Assembly (NCBI GenBank): GCA_030550275.1 | Contig: JAUQPR010000003.1 | Location: forward strand, 69,571 to 133,570 | Direction: 5' to 3' | DNA: 64,000 nt | Origin: Bacteroidota bacterium | GTDB taxonomy: Bacteria > Bacteroidota > Ignavibacteria > Kapaibacteriales > HRBIN21 | Part shown: positions 20,693 to 30,743 of the stretch, piece after piece | Layout: the number at the start of each line of letters is the position of its first letter | How positions within the stretch are numbered: the first letter of the stretch is position 1 | Notes under the pieces: model-generated | The model's database searches: none | Told to the model about the DNA's origin: nothing | Seen by the model: only the letters and a program-made list of their open reading frames with translations | Made by a program: the position numbers and the translations under genes

Positions 20693-22191
20693 GCATCTGG
20701 ATCGGCATTGCCCTGTGTGCCGGCGTCCTCAGCGCTCAGATGCCGCAACGGCAAACTGTGCTGCGCGCGGTCACGCTCAACGGCATCCCCTTGCAGAGTT
20801 CGAGCCTGGACAGCCTCACCATTGCTCCCACAGACACCATCGGGTTTGCCTACGCCTGCCTGTGCCCGCAGGGGGTGGCTCCGCCGCTGTTCGAGATCCA
20901 ACTGCGCTCCGGCGAACGCCAGCAGGTGCGCTCCCTGCGCGCCGATAGCATCCTCTACGCCAACCTGCCCGAGGGCGAGTACGAGTTCCGTGTGCGGGCG
21001 TTCTCCCCTACTGAGGGCTGGGATGCTGAACCGGTCGGGCTCCGCTTCTGGGTCAACTCCGCACGAGCGCAGCAGTGGAAAGAGCGCTGGCTGCGCCCAT
21101 CGGCAGCCCCTGCTCTGAAACAGACCACGGAGAAGCCCGCTGCACACCCCCGCTTCGCCGGCGATGGCGTACTCCCGTGGATACTGCTTGCCGCTGGCAT
21201 CCTCGCCGGAGGACTGCTGGGCACATGGCTCTGGCTGCGCATACGCATCCGCCGCAAGAGCGCCCGGTTGCCCATGGCGACCGATGGAGCTGCCTCCCTC
21301 TCGAGCGCTCCTCCCACCGCGTACGACAGCTTGCTGGCAGAGAACAGCCGTCTCAAAGCCGAGCTGAACGCCCTGCGCGGGCAGATCAGCGCCCTGGAAG
21401 CCCGCAGCCGCCATCTGAGCGAGGAGAACCGCTCCCTGCGCGAACAGGTCGAACGGCTGCGCGCCAAGCAAGAGGAGCTCGAGCAACTGCAGGAGCAAAA
21501 GGATGCCCTCTTCGCAATGGTGCTGCACGATATCAAGAACCCCGCCATGATTATCCGCGGGCTGGTTGAGCTGCTGCGCTCCTACGACCTCAGCGCACAG
21601 GAGCAGCAGGAGATCATCAACGACATCGTTGCCACCTCGGCGCGCATCGTGGAGCTGTCGCAGGAGATCTCGCGCATCCTGGCGCTGGAGGCAAAGGTGC
21701 TGCAGCTTGACCTGCAACCGACCGATGTCGCTGAGCTCATCGCCGCCGTATGCCGGCAGAACAAACCGCTGGCAGACCGCAAGTCTATTGCCCTGTTGCA
21801 GGAGGTGGAGCCCGATCTGCCGCTCATCATCGCCGATCCACAGCGGCTGGAGGAGGTGCTGGACAACTTGGTCAGCAACGGCATCAAGTACTCCCAACCG
21901 GGGGCAACTGTGGTGGTGCGCGCCTACGCCCGCGACGACAAGCTCTACATTGAGGTCGAAGACAACGGGCTCGGCATGAGCGAGGAGGATGTCCGGCAAG
22001 CCTTCCAGCGTGGAGTACGGCTCGGCTCCAAGCCCACCGGTGGTGAGCCCAGTTCGGGGCTGGGGCTGTGGATTGTCAAGCGCCTGGTTGAAGCCCACCA
22101 CGGTCACGTCCGCATCCGCAGTGCCTTAGGGAAGGGGACAACCGTCTACGTCGAGCTACCGCTGGAACAGCCCAGTCCGCAACCGAGCTAA
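20689..22191 (+). CDS. Membrane sensor histidine kinase with periplasmic Y_Y_Y-like domain
   Basis: Signal peptide, YANLPEGEYEFRVRA, TM helix, long coiled coil, HDIKNP, NLVSNGIKYS, DNGLGM and GLGLWIVK. GTG start inferred. Confidence 0.88.
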   Translation: MSIWIGIALCAGVLSAQMPQRQTVLRAVTLNGIPLQSSSLDSLTIAPTDTIGFAYACLCPQGVAPPLFEIQLRSGERQQVRSLRADSILYANLPEGEYEFRVRAFSPTEGWDAEPVGLRFWVNSARAQQWKERWLRPSAAPALKQTTEKPAAHPRFAGDGVLPWILLAAGILAGGLLGTWLWLRIRIRRKSARLPMATDGAASLSSAPPTAYDSLLAENSRLKAELNALRGQISALEARSRHLSEENRSLREQVERLRAKQEELEQLQEQKDALFAMVLHDIKNPAMIIRGLVELLRSYDLSAQEQQEIINDIVATSARIVELSQEISRILALEAKVLQLDLQPTDVAELIAAVCRQNKPLADRKSIALLQEVEPDLPLIIADPQRLEEVLDNLVSNGIKYSQPGATVVVRAYARDDKLYIEVEDNGLGMSEEDVRQAFQRGVRLGSKPTGGEPSSGLGLWIVKRLVEAHHGHVRIRSALGKGTTVYVELPLEQPSPQPS

Positions 22192-22259
22192 GCGCTCCGA
22201 AGCAGCCGTGCCCACGTAGTTTTGCACCTTCGGCATTGTGCTGGTATGCTGCCGTAGCG

Positions 22260-23234
22260 ATGTGTGTACGCGTCGAGCCGTACCGCCCTGAACTCCGCCA
22301 CGAGTGGGAAGCCCTCGTTGCGCGCTCCAATAACGGCACGATGTTCCACCGCCTGCAGTTCCTCGATTACCACCCGCCAGGCAAGTTCCACTTCCACCAC
22401 CTGCTGTTTTGGAAGGGGGACCGCCTCGTCGGCGTCATGCCAGGCGGGCTGCTCGAAGATGGGCGCGTCCTCTGGTCGCCTGTCGGTGCCAGCTACGGCG
22501 GCATCGTTACCGAGGACATCCCCTTTGCGCTTGCCCTGGAGATAGTGGACGCGCTGTTGGAGTACGGTCGCCGCTTCGGGCTGCGCGAGCTCTACCTTAT
22601 CCCCGCTCCCTTCATTTACAGCCGCAACTACTCGCAGAACCTGGAATACGCGCTGCTCTACCGCCGCTTCGGCTTTGAATACCACTACATCTCGCACGCC
22701 ATCCACCTCAAGCACGGGACTGATCCCTTCAGCTACTTTGGCGCTAACACCCGAAGGAAGCTCCGCAAGCTGCTGCGCGCGCAACTCCTGCAGATCCGTG
22801 AATCCCAAGACTACGACACCTTCTACGAAATCCTGGTGCGCAACAAAGCCCGCCACGGTGCAACCCCGACCCACTCCCTGCAGGACCTCCACCGCCTGCG
22901 GGAGCTGGTGCCCGAGCACCTGCGCCTGCTCATGGTCTACTACGGGGAGACCGCCATTGCGGGGTCGCTGCTGTTCCTGTGCAACCCCAAGGTGGTGCTG
23001 TGCTTCTACAACATGATGCTGTACGAGTACAGCCATCTGCGCCCGGTCTACCTGCTTATGTACGAGATTGTGCGCTGGGCAGCCGAGCACGGCTACGAGT
23101 GGGTGGATATTGGCGTCTCCCAGGATACGCGCTCGCCCGATCCGATGACCCCATCGCTGAGCCTTATCCACTTCAAGGAGCGCTTCGGCAGCAGGGGAAT
23201 TCTGCGCAGCACGTTCTACTACCGATTCGCCTAA
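22260..23234 (+). CDS. GNAT/FemAB-like acyltransferase
   Basis: W..LV..SNNGTMFHR..FLDYH, SYGG, WVDIGVS and FKERFG are typical of FemAB/Acetyltransf_6-type proteins. Confidence 0.7.
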   Translation: MCVRVEPYRPELRHEWEALVARSNNGTMFHRLQFLDYHPPGKFHFHHLLFWKGDRLVGVMPGGLLEDGRVLWSPVGASYGGIVTEDIPFALALEIVDALLEYGRRFGLRELYLIPAPFIYSRNYSQNLEYALLYRRFGFEYHYISHAIHLKHGTDPFSYFGANTRRKLRKLLRAQLLQIRESQDYDTFYEILVRNKARHGATPTHSLQDLHRLRELVPEHLRLLMVYYGETAIAGSLLFLCNPKVVLCFYNMMLYEYSHLRPVYLLMYEIVRWAAEHGYEWVDIGVSQDTRSPDPMTPSLSLIHFKERFGSRGILRSTFYYRFA

Positions 23235-24373
23235 TGCCGCCCACCTGGGACGTGTGCATCCTGAGTATGTCCGAGGTGCAGTATGATGCTCGGACGCTCA
23301 ATGTCGCGCGCTCGCTGACGCGCATGGACAAACGGGTCTGCCTCAGCGGCTGGGGGAATGCATCCGTTGCCGAGCGGTTGCAGCAGCAAGGCATAGCGGC
23401 GCAGCTCCGCCCGCGTCCGGCGTTCCCCAGGATGGCGCTGGAATGGGGCTACTTCATGCTGTGGAACCTGCTCCGGCAGCGCCATCTGCGGGCGCGGGCA
23501 TACTGGGCAGCAGACCTCTACTCGCTGCCAATCGCAGCGCACCTGGCACGCCGGTTTCGGGCATGCTTGTTTTACGATTCGCGCGAGCTCTACTTCGCGC
23601 TCGCTTCACTGCACAAGCGCCCACTGACACAGAGAATCCTGCAGCGGATCGAATCACACTACATCCGGCGCGCCCACCGCTGCATCGTCTCCGGCTGGCT
23701 GGATGCCGAAGAGGTGCAGCGACACTACCACCTGCCGGCTCCCCCGGTGGTCCTACTGAACGTCCCTCCATACCGGGTGCCGCCCCGAACGGATCTGCTA
23801 CGCCGGACCCTGCGGATCCCACCCAACGCCGTTGTCCTGCTCTACCAAGGCGCTGTATTCGCTGGGCGGGGGCTCGTCCACGCCCTGCAGCTCCTGTGTA
23901 GCCTGCCCGAGGCAGTTCTGTGCATCCTCGGTGATGGTCCTCTGCGCCCAGCCCTACAGCAGATGGCACGGCAGTTCAACGTCACGCAACGCCTGTTTTG
24001 GCTGGGCTGGCGTCCCTACGAGGAGCTGCTGGAGTGGACCGCTTCCGCCGATATCGGGCTGGCGCTCATCGAACCCATCAGCCGGAGCTACGAGCTGGCA
24101 CTGCCGAATAAGGTCTTCGAATACTGCATGGCGGGCATCCCCACCATTGCCACAGCCCTGCCCGCGCTGCAGCAGCTCTTTGAACGCTACCGGATCGGCG
24201 TCCTGCTCTCCCCCGAACTCTCTATCGAAGAGCTACGCCGCGCCGTCCGTACCCTGCGCATACCGGAGGTGTGGAACCAATACCACGAACGCTGTCGCCA
24301 AGCTGCCACGCAGCTATGCTGGGAAGCTCAACACTCAAAACTCGTGGAGCTGTGGGAGACTACCTCCTGCTGA
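23234..24373 (+). CDS. Glycosyltransferase family 4
   Basis: YDSRELY, LYQG...GRGL, ILGDGP, ADIG and LPNKVFEYCMAGIP. Confidence 0.88.
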   Translation: MPPTWDVCILSMSEVQYDARTLNVARSLTRMDKRVCLSGWGNASVAERLQQQGIAAQLRPRPAFPRMALEWGYFMLWNLLRQRHLRARAYWAADLYSLPIAAHLARRFRACLFYDSRELYFALASLHKRPLTQRILQRIESHYIRRAHRCIVSGWLDAEEVQRHYHLPAPPVVLLNVPPYRVPPRTDLLRRTLRIPPNAVVLLYQGAVFAGRGLVHALQLLCSLPEAVLCILGDGPLRPALQQMARQFNVTQRLFWLGWRPYEELLEWTASADIGLALIEPISRSYELALPNKVFEYCMAGIPTIATALPALQQLFERYRIGVLLSPELSIEELRRAVRTLRIPEVWNQYHERCRQAATQLCWEAQHSKLVELWETTSC

Positions 24374-25224
24374 CGCTCCAGCAGCTCATCGGCTCCAGCA
24401 CCCACCTGGTCGCCAAACGTGTGGTGAGCCAGTTGAGTCCGGAGCTGAGCCTCTTCTGGCGCAGCCTCATTGCCGCCCTCAGCAGCATGGCGTGGCTGCT
24501 GTACGAGAACCACCGAACCGCTCTGCTGCACCGGCTCCGCCTCCGTCAGGTGGTGCTGCTGCTTGTGCTGGGGCTGCTCGCCGTGCCGCTCAACCAGTGG
24601 TGCTTTCTGGCTGGGGTGCGGCTATCCACCCCTGCCAATGCCTCCCTGATGTACGCACTGACGCCGGTCTGGACCCTGCTGTTGAGCAGCGCACTGCACC
24701 AGGAGCGCCTGACTGCGCTGAAGCTCACCGGAGTGCTGCTGGCAGTAGGGGGTGTGGTGTTGGTGCTCTGGGAGGAAGCACCGTTCCCCAGCAGCTCCAC
24801 CACGCTCGGGAATTGGCTCCTGCTGCTGGCAAGCTGGGCATGGGCACTCTACACCGTTCTCAGCCAGCGTGTTGCCATGCAGTTGGGCGCTCTGAAGACC
24901 ACGGCGCTCAGTATGGTGCTGGGCTGGATGCTTTACCTCCCGCTGTGGGCTGCGCTGGGTGCGGAGTTAGGGCTGGAGCTGCTCTCCCCCTCACTGGTGC
25001 TGGAGCTGCTCTACATGGGCGTGGTGACATCGGGCATCGGCTACCTGCTATGGGTAGCAGTCCTGCAGCGGCTGGAAGCCAGCAAGGTTGCGGTCTTCGC
25101 TACACTCCAGCCGGTGCTCACCACTCTGGCTGCCATCCCGCTCTTCGGGTTTGTCCCCTCGTTCCCCTTCCTGCTGGGCGGAATGGCTATCCTTGCGGGG
25201 ATGCTTCTGACCCAACTGGGCTGA
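24316..25224 (+). CDS. EamA/DMT family transporter
   Basis: About 10 hydrophobic helices in two EamA repeats (NASLMYALTP, WALYTV, LQPV). The start is uncertain; GTG 24352 is an alternative. Confidence 0.85.
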   Translation: MLGSSTLKTRGAVGDYLLLTLQQLIGSSTHLVAKRVVSQLSPELSLFWRSLIAALSSMAWLLYENHRTALLHRLRLRQVVLLLVLGLLAVPLNQWCFLAGVRLSTPANASLMYALTPVWTLLLSSALHQERLTALKLTGVLLAVGGVVLVLWEEAPFPSSSTTLGNWLLLLASWAWALYTVLSQRVAMQLGALKTTALSMVLGWMLYLPLWAALGAELGLELLSPSLVLELLYMGVVTSGIGYLLWVAVLQRLEASKVAVFATLQPVLTTLAAIPLFGFVPSFPFLLGGMAILAGMLLTQLG

Positions 25225-25291
25225 CCGCGCGCCCTCGGCTTCGATTGGGCGGCGTTCTGTATTTTGCGCCACTGACAATGCAAGCGCATCC

Positions 25292-28200
25292 ATGCTACGT
25301 CGGCTGGGGATTGCCATCGCCGCGGTTGTGAGCGCTACGGCAGCGGGAACTGGCTTCATTGAGAACCAAGGGCAGGTGCGCGACCGCTTCGGGCAGCTTC
25401 GCCCGGACATCCTCTTCGTTGCTGAACTGCCGGGGATGGAGCTCTTCGTCCACACCCGAGGCATCAGCTACGTGTTCACCGTGGTGGAGCTCTCCGAGGA
25501 GCTTCCCCCTGAACACCGCTGGCGCCGCCTCAGCGCTCGCCGCTACCGACTCGACCTGGAGTGGCTCTCCGCAGAGCCCTTCTTCCGGGTGCGTGCATCG
25601 GGAGCGCATCCCATGCTGCGCCACTACTACCTGCCGGGACGCACGGCGTTGAACGTTGCCGCCTACCAGGAGGTACAGCTTGAGGAGCTCTACCCGGGCG
25701 TGACGCTTCGGCTGCGGCTGGGCAGCGAAGGGCTCAAGTACGACCTGCTGTGCCGCCGTGCCGAAGATCTCGCCCGCGTGCGCTTCCGCTACGTCGGCGC
25801 GCAGCAGCTCTCCCTGCAGCCCGATGGGAGCTTGCTGGTGCATACCCCGCTGGGCACGGTGCGCGAGCTTCCCCCGGTGGCATTCCAGCTCAATCGAACC
25901 CTTGCAGCCGCCTATCAGCTCCACGGCGATACTGTGAGCTTCCGCGCTGCCGAAGCGCTTCCCCACCTGCCGCTGGTCTTTGATCCCGGTGTGGCGTGGT
26001 CCACCTTCTATGGTGGAAGCCGGCTGGAGGACTTCACCGCCGTCGCCGCAGACGCTGCCGGGAATATCTACCTGGCGGGCTGGAGTGTGAGCACAGACTT
26101 CCCCGTGGTGAACGCCTTCCAACCCAATTTGCGCGACACCCTGGCAACGGACATCGTCGTAGTCAAGCTCTCCGCAGCGGGCTCTCCAATCTGGGCAACC
26201 TATTACGGCGGCGATAGCAGCGATGCCGCCTACGGCATCGCCTGCGATGGCTCAGGGGAGGTGGTGGTTGTGGGCACCACCACGAGCCCGAACTTCCCCG
26301 TCCAAAACGCCTTCCAGAGCACGCTCTCGGGCTACTCCGATGCCGTCATCGTGCGCTTCAACAGCTCCGGGCAGCGCCTGTGGGCAACCTACTACGGCGG
26401 CAGCGGTGAGGAGACCGCCTACGGTGTGGCATTCCACCGCAGTGGGATCTTCGTCGGCGGCACCACGAGCAGCACGAACTTCCCCGTGCTCAACGCGCTC
26501 CAGAGCGTCCATGGAGGTGGCACCACAGATGGCTTCGTGCTGAAGTTCTCCGCTGCCGGGCAGCGCCTGTGGGCAACCTACTACGGCGGCAGCGGTGAGG
26601 AGGACCTCCGAGGAATCGCCGCTGACAGCCTCGGTGCCGTTCTCGCTGTTGGCATGACCACGAGCACGAACTTCCCCGTGCAGAACGCACTGCAACCGAC
26701 CTACGGTGGCGGACTCTCGGATGCCTTCGTGCTCAAGCTCTCCGGCTCTGGGCAGCGCCTGTGGGCAACCTACTACGGCGGCAATCGGCTGGACTTCGGC
26801 TACGGCGTCGCCACCGACGTGCGCAACATGGTCTATATCTGCGGCAGCTCCCTCAGCGACTCCATCCCTATGCGCTACGCCTTCCAGTCGCGCCGAGTTG
26901 CTGCACTGGAGGCATTCATCGCAGCGCTGGACACCGTCGGAGGTCTGCTCTGGGGCACCTTCTACGGCGGCAACGGTGTGGATGAAGCTCGCGGCATCGC
27001 CACCACGCCGCAGCGCCGCATCCTTGTGGTCGGCTCCACCAACAGCTCGAACTTCCCGCTCAACCAGCCGCTCCAGAACAGCCATGCCGGCAATGGGGAT
27101 GCCTTTGTGGCAGCCTTCAACTACGTGGGCGTCCAACTGTGGTCGAGCTACTACGGCGGCTCCAGCGCCGACATCTTCTACCGCGTCGCCGCCGATAGCG
27201 CAGGGAACTTCACCGCGGCGGGCAACTCCACAAGCTCGGACTTCCCCCTGCAGAACGCCTTCCAAAGCACGCTCCGCGGCGGGATGGATGGCGTTGCCGT
27301 GCGGTTCGAATGGGAGAGCATCCGCTGCTGGCTCCTGCGCCCCGGTCCGCTGTGCCCTGGCGACACCATCAGCATTGGATTCGAGGCACGGGGCTACTTC
27401 TTCCCGGACAACGTCTTCACCGCCGTGCTCTCAGATTCCACCGGCAGCTTCAACACCTCCACGCTCATTGGCTCCCTTGCCGGGCAGAGCAGCGGAGTCA
27501 TCCTCGGGCGCATTCCGGATACGGTCTCTCCGAGCAAGCGCTACCGGATTCGCGTCCTGGGTTCGCGCCCTGCAACCATCGGGAGCCCCAGCGATAGCTT
27601 CACGATTCTGCCCCGCCCAACGCCGCCGGTGATCACCGTGGAGCCGGATACTGTGCTCTGCCCCGGCGACAGCGCTATCCTGCGCATCGAACCGCAGGAG
27701 ATGGCAACCTACCGCTGGCTGCTCAACGGCAATCCCATCGGGAGTGACTCACCGCAACTTGTCGCCCGACAAGCCGGACGCTACAGCGTCCTTGTGCGCA
27801 CCCCGTGCGGGGAGGTGCGCTCCCAGCGCGATATTGTGCTCACCAGCGCCAATAGACCCGCCATCCCACGAATCGAGGTCCTGGGAGCACGCCGCTTCTG
27901 CCGAGGAGATTCCGCTATCCTCCGCACCGCCAACCAGGGTGGGGAGACCTCCTACGAATGGCTCCGCAACGGCGTCCTCATAGGGCAGAATGCGCCGGTC
28001 CTGACCGTCTCCCAAAGCGGCAGCTACACCGTGGTGGTGGCGAACCTCTGCGGTCGCGTTGCTTCGCCGGATACGGTACACATCCTCGTGGATGAACCGC
28101 TGGCGCCTCCGGAGTTGGTTGCCGAGGGTGCCACGCGCTTCTGCCAAGGCGATTCCGTCGTGCTCCGTACCCGCGCCGACAGCGCCATCATGGAATACCG

Positions 28201-29962
28201 CTGGTACCGCGATGGAACGCTCTTCCTGCGTAACGAGCGTGCCTGGCGCATCGCCGTGCGGCAATCGGGATGGTACAGCGTGGAGATCGTCAACACCTGC
28301 GGCGCTGTCCGCTCCGATAGCCTCCGCATCGAGGTCATCCCTCGACCGCTCCCACCGCGCATCACCGTCGAAGGGGGAACGGTGCTGTGCGCTGGCGATA
28401 GCACCCGACTGCGCACGGCAGAGCAACCGGGCGCAACGTACCAGTGGTACCGCGACGGTCGAGCCGTTGGACCCAATGCCCCTGTCTACGTCGTCCGGGA
28501 ATCGGGCACCTACACGGTCGAGGTCCGCACCGAATGCGGCGCTGTGCGCTCGCCCGATAGTGTTGTCATCCGCGTGTTGGATGCTCCACCAACTCCGCCC
28601 CTGTATGCCAGCGGCGCACCCCGACTGTGCGAGGGAGATAGCCTTGAGCTCTGGACAGAGCCCTTCACCGGTGCCCAGTACCAATGGACCCGCAACGGAG
28701 CTCCCGTGGGGGCTGATACGAACGTGCTCGTTGTGCGCCAAGCCGGCGTGTATCGAGTTCGCCTGCTGACGCCTTGTGGGGAAGCTGTCTCCGATTCCCT
28801 CGTCGTCGAGGTGCTGAGTCCACCCCCGGCGCCGGTAGTGCAGCCGCTGGGTCCACTCCGGCTGTGTGAAGGGGATTCGCTGCAATTGGTGCTCCGAGAG
28901 CGGCTCTCGGGCATCCGCTACACCTGGTATCGGGATAGCCTCCCACTGCCGTACACCGGGGATACGCTCACCGTCAGCACAGCTGCGACGTACTGGGTCC
29001 AAGCATCCAACGAATGCGGGGAAGCAGCCTCCGAGCGCCTCACCGTCGTCGTGCTCCCACGCCCGCCGAAGCCGGAGATCGCCCAGCGCGGCGATACCCT
29101 GGTCTCCAGCTCCCCTGTGGGGAACCAATGGCTGGATAGCACCGGAGCTCCCATTCCTGGGGCAACGGAGCAGTACTTCGTGCCACCCGGCAGTGGGCGC
29201 TACCGCGTGCGCGTGACCATTGATGGCTGCGCTTCGGAATCCGACCCGTACGACTACGTAGCGCGCGTCCAGCCGGTTGCAGCAGGGCTTCGGCTGCCAC
29301 AGGGACGGCGCTATACTCCGGGAGAGCGTATCGAGCTGGAGCTGCTGCTCCTGCCCGCCGGGCAAGCGCTCCCGCCGGGGAGACTGAGTGCACGCCTGCG
29401 TTACTGGGCGCGAGTTCTGGAGCCGCTCGCTCCGACGCCCTTGGGCAGCCTCCAGCAGGGTTGGCGAACTCTGCCGGTGGAGCTGCGAATTCCTGCACTC
29501 CCTGCCGGGACGGCTCAGCTCCGGCTCGCAACGGGGCTGCTCTTCCGTGTCCTCTTGGGCGATAGGGACTATACCCCGCTTCTGCTGGACAGCCTGCAGT
29601 TCCATGCCGAACGCACCTTCCCCTTCGTCGCCCTGCCTCCGGACACCCTGTGGGTGGAGATCTGCCGCGAGGGTGGAGAACGCCTCTTTGACCCAGAAAC
29701 GCCAGCGCTGCAGCTGCGTATCCTGCCGAATCCCGCTGCATCCGCGCCGACACTGCACTACGCTATCCCCGAGCCAGGGGACATCCGCATCCGCATGTGG
29801 AGCCTCTACGGCACGGAGGTAGCACGGCTCGTCGAGGGCTTCCACCAGCCTGGTCACTACGAGCTCCTCCTGGACACCGAGCGGCTCCCTGCGGGCGTGT
29901 ACGTGGTGGCGTTGCAAACCCCGACCCAAGAGGTGCGAACACTCCTGTACTACGTGCCATGA
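25292..29962 (+). CDS. Large T9SS-secreted surface protein: SBBP beta-propeller, tandem Ig-like repeats, T9SS C-terminal domain
   Basis: Signal peptide, FIENQGQ N-domain, about 7 WATYYGG repeats, about 6 C.GDS..L...Y.W.R.G...Y.V repeats and a C-terminal PNP...LPAGVYVVAL sorting domain. Confidence 0.85.
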   Translation: MLRRLGIAIAAVVSATAAGTGFIENQGQVRDRFGQLRPDILFVAELPGMELFVHTRGISYVFTVVELSEELPPEHRWRRLSARRYRLDLEWLSAEPFFRVRASGAHPMLRHYYLPGRTALNVAAYQEVQLEELYPGVTLRLRLGSEGLKYDLLCRRAEDLARVRFRYVGAQQLSLQPDGSLLVHTPLGTVRELPPVAFQLNRTLAAAYQLHGDTVSFRAAEALPHLPLVFDPGVAWSTFYGGSRLEDFTAVAADAAGNIYLAGWSVSTDFPVVNAFQPNLRDTLATDIVVVKLSAAGSPIWATYYGGDSSDAAYGIACDGSGEVVVVGTTTSPNFPVQNAFQSTLSGYSDAVIVRFNSSGQRLWATYYGGSGEETAYGVAFHRSGIFVGGTTSSTNFPVLNALQSVHGGGTTDGFVLKFSAAGQRLWATYYGGSGEEDLRGIAADSLGAVLAVGMTTSTNFPVQNALQPTYGGGLSDAFVLKLSGSGQRLWATYYGGNRLDFGYGVATDVRNMVYICGSSLSDSIPMRYAFQSRRVAALEAFIAALDTVGGLLWGTFYGGNGVDEARGIATTPQRRILVVGSTNSSNFPLNQPLQNSHAGNGDAFVAAFNYVGVQLWSSYYGGSSADIFYRVAADSAGNFTAAGNSTSSDFPLQNAFQSTLRGGMDGVAVRFEWESIRCWLLRPGPLCPGDTISIGFEARGYFFPDNVFTAVLSDSTGSFNTSTLIGSLAGQSSGVILGRIPDTVSPSKRYRIRVLGSRPATIGSPSDSFTILPRPTPPVITVEPDTVLCPGDSAILRIEPQEMATYRWLLNGNPIGSDSPQLVARQAGRYSVLVRTPCGEVRSQRDIVLTSANRPAIPRIEVLGARRFCRGDSAILRTANQGGETSYEWLRNGVLIGQNAPVLTVSQSGSYTVVVANLCGRVASPDTVHILVDEPLAPPELVAEGATRFCQGDSVVLRTRADSAIMEYRWYRDGTLFLRNERAWRIAVRQSGWYSVEIVNTCGAVRSDSLRIEVIPRPLPPRITVEGGTVLCAGDSTRLRTAEQPGATYQWYRDGRAVGPNAPVYVVRESGTYTVEVRTECGAVRSPDSVVIRVLDAPPTPPLYASGAPRLCEGDSLELWTEPFTGAQYQWTRNGAPVGADTNVLVVRQAGVYRVRLLTPCGEAVSDSLVVEVLSPPPAPVVQPLGPLRLCEGDSLQLVLRERLSGIRYTWYRDSLPLPYTGDTLTVSTAATYWVQASNECGEAASERLTVVVLPRPPKPEIAQRGDTLVSSSPVGNQWLDSTGAPIPGATEQYFVPPGSGRYRVRVTIDGCASESDPYDYVARVQPVAAGLRLPQGRRYTPGERIELELLLLPAGQALPPGRLSARLRYWARVLEPLAPTPLGSLQQGWRTLPVELRIPALPAGTAQLRLATGLLFRVLLGDRDYTPLLLDSLQFHAERTFPFVALPPDTLWVEICREGGERLFDPETPALQLRILPNPAASAPTLHYAIPEPGDIRIRMWSLYGTEVARLVEGFHQPGHYELLLDTERLPAGVYVVALQTPTQEVRTLLYYVP
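26369..26783 (+). repeat. Intragenic direct repeats in the SBBP region
   Basis: GGGCAGCGCCTGTGGGCAACCTACTACGGCGGCA occurs at 26369, 26558 and 26750. The first two copies stay identical through AGCGGTGAGGAG (45 nt). Confidence 0.9.
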
Positions 29963-30741
29963 CCCACCTGGGACGGTTCATCGGACTGCTCTGCTGCGGC
30001 ATCTCCACAGCGCTGGCGCAGTATGCTGCCGGCGTGAGTATCGGCGCTGGGGTGAACCTGCATACGGCGGACTTCCGCACTGTATCGCCGGACATCCCCA
30101 ACTGCTGCCCTGGCTTTGAAGCCGGAAGCGGAGCGGCATGGAGCCTGGGTCTGACCTACGATGGGCTCCCGCTTGCTCCCCGCCTTCGGCTCCTGGGCGA
30201 GCTGAACTACCTCCGGCGGGATGCACGGCTGACCCAGCGCGAGGCAATTGTGTTCAGTTCCGACGATGGGCGCGCCGTTGCTGGCACAGTGCAGCACGAG
30301 CTTCAGACCCAGCTGGCATCGCTGGGGATAACACTGCTGCTGGGGTATTCGCCGCTTGGCTCCGTGCCGAGCTTGCAGCTGCGAGCCGGCATCCACACGG
30401 GGTGGACGGTGCTGGCAGCGTTCTCTCAGCAGGAGCTCCTCGTGGACCCACCGTACGGGCGCTTTTTGGACACGGGCACGCGCTCGCGCAACCACTACAG
30501 CGGCAAGCTTCCCAACGCCAGTTCTGTATCGGTCCTTGCCACCGTAGGAGCGCGCTACCTGCTTCCCATCAGCGACCTCTTCAGCCTCATGCCGACGGTA
30601 TCGGGATGGTTTGGGCTCACTCCCGTCGTCTCCGGCATTGCCTGGCGGGCTCATGCCCTGCACTTCAGCATGGGGATTGTTTACTCGCCGCTGCCGGAGG
30701 CACCCTCACCGCTCCGTCCCGGCTCGCCGGAACGCCCCTGA
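29959..30741 (+). CDS. Outer-membrane beta-barrel domain protein
   Basis: Signal peptide followed by alternating amphipathic strands (WSLGLTYD, LLGELNY, ITLLLGY, LATVGARY, LHFSMGIVY). Confidence 0.65.
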   Translation: MTHLGRFIGLLCCGISTALAQYAAGVSIGAGVNLHTADFRTVSPDIPNCCPGFEAGSGAAWSLGLTYDGLPLAPRLRLLGELNYLRRDARLTQREAIVFSSDDGRAVAGTVQHELQTQLASLGITLLLGYSPLGSVPSLQLRAGIHTGWTVLAAFSQQELLVDPPYGRFLDTGTRSRNHYSGKLPNASSVSVLATVGARYLLPISDLFSLMPTVSGWFGLTPVVSGIAWRAHALHFSMGIVYSPLPEAPSPLRPGSPERP

Positions 30742-30743
30742 GC

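Noticed and set aside
26369..26783. Regularly spaced 34-45-nt repeats considered as CRISPR or DGR template/variable repeats
   Set aside because: They are in-frame parts of SBBP blades with a ~190-nt period. There is no reverse transcriptase and no adenine-specific mismatch pattern.
27749..29929. 726-aa minus-strand ORF and many other long antisense or alternate-frame ORFs (e.g. 20569-22107, 13186-14568, 50696-52159)
   Set aside because: These are shadow ORFs of well-supported genes in high-GC DNA and carry no recognisable motifs.
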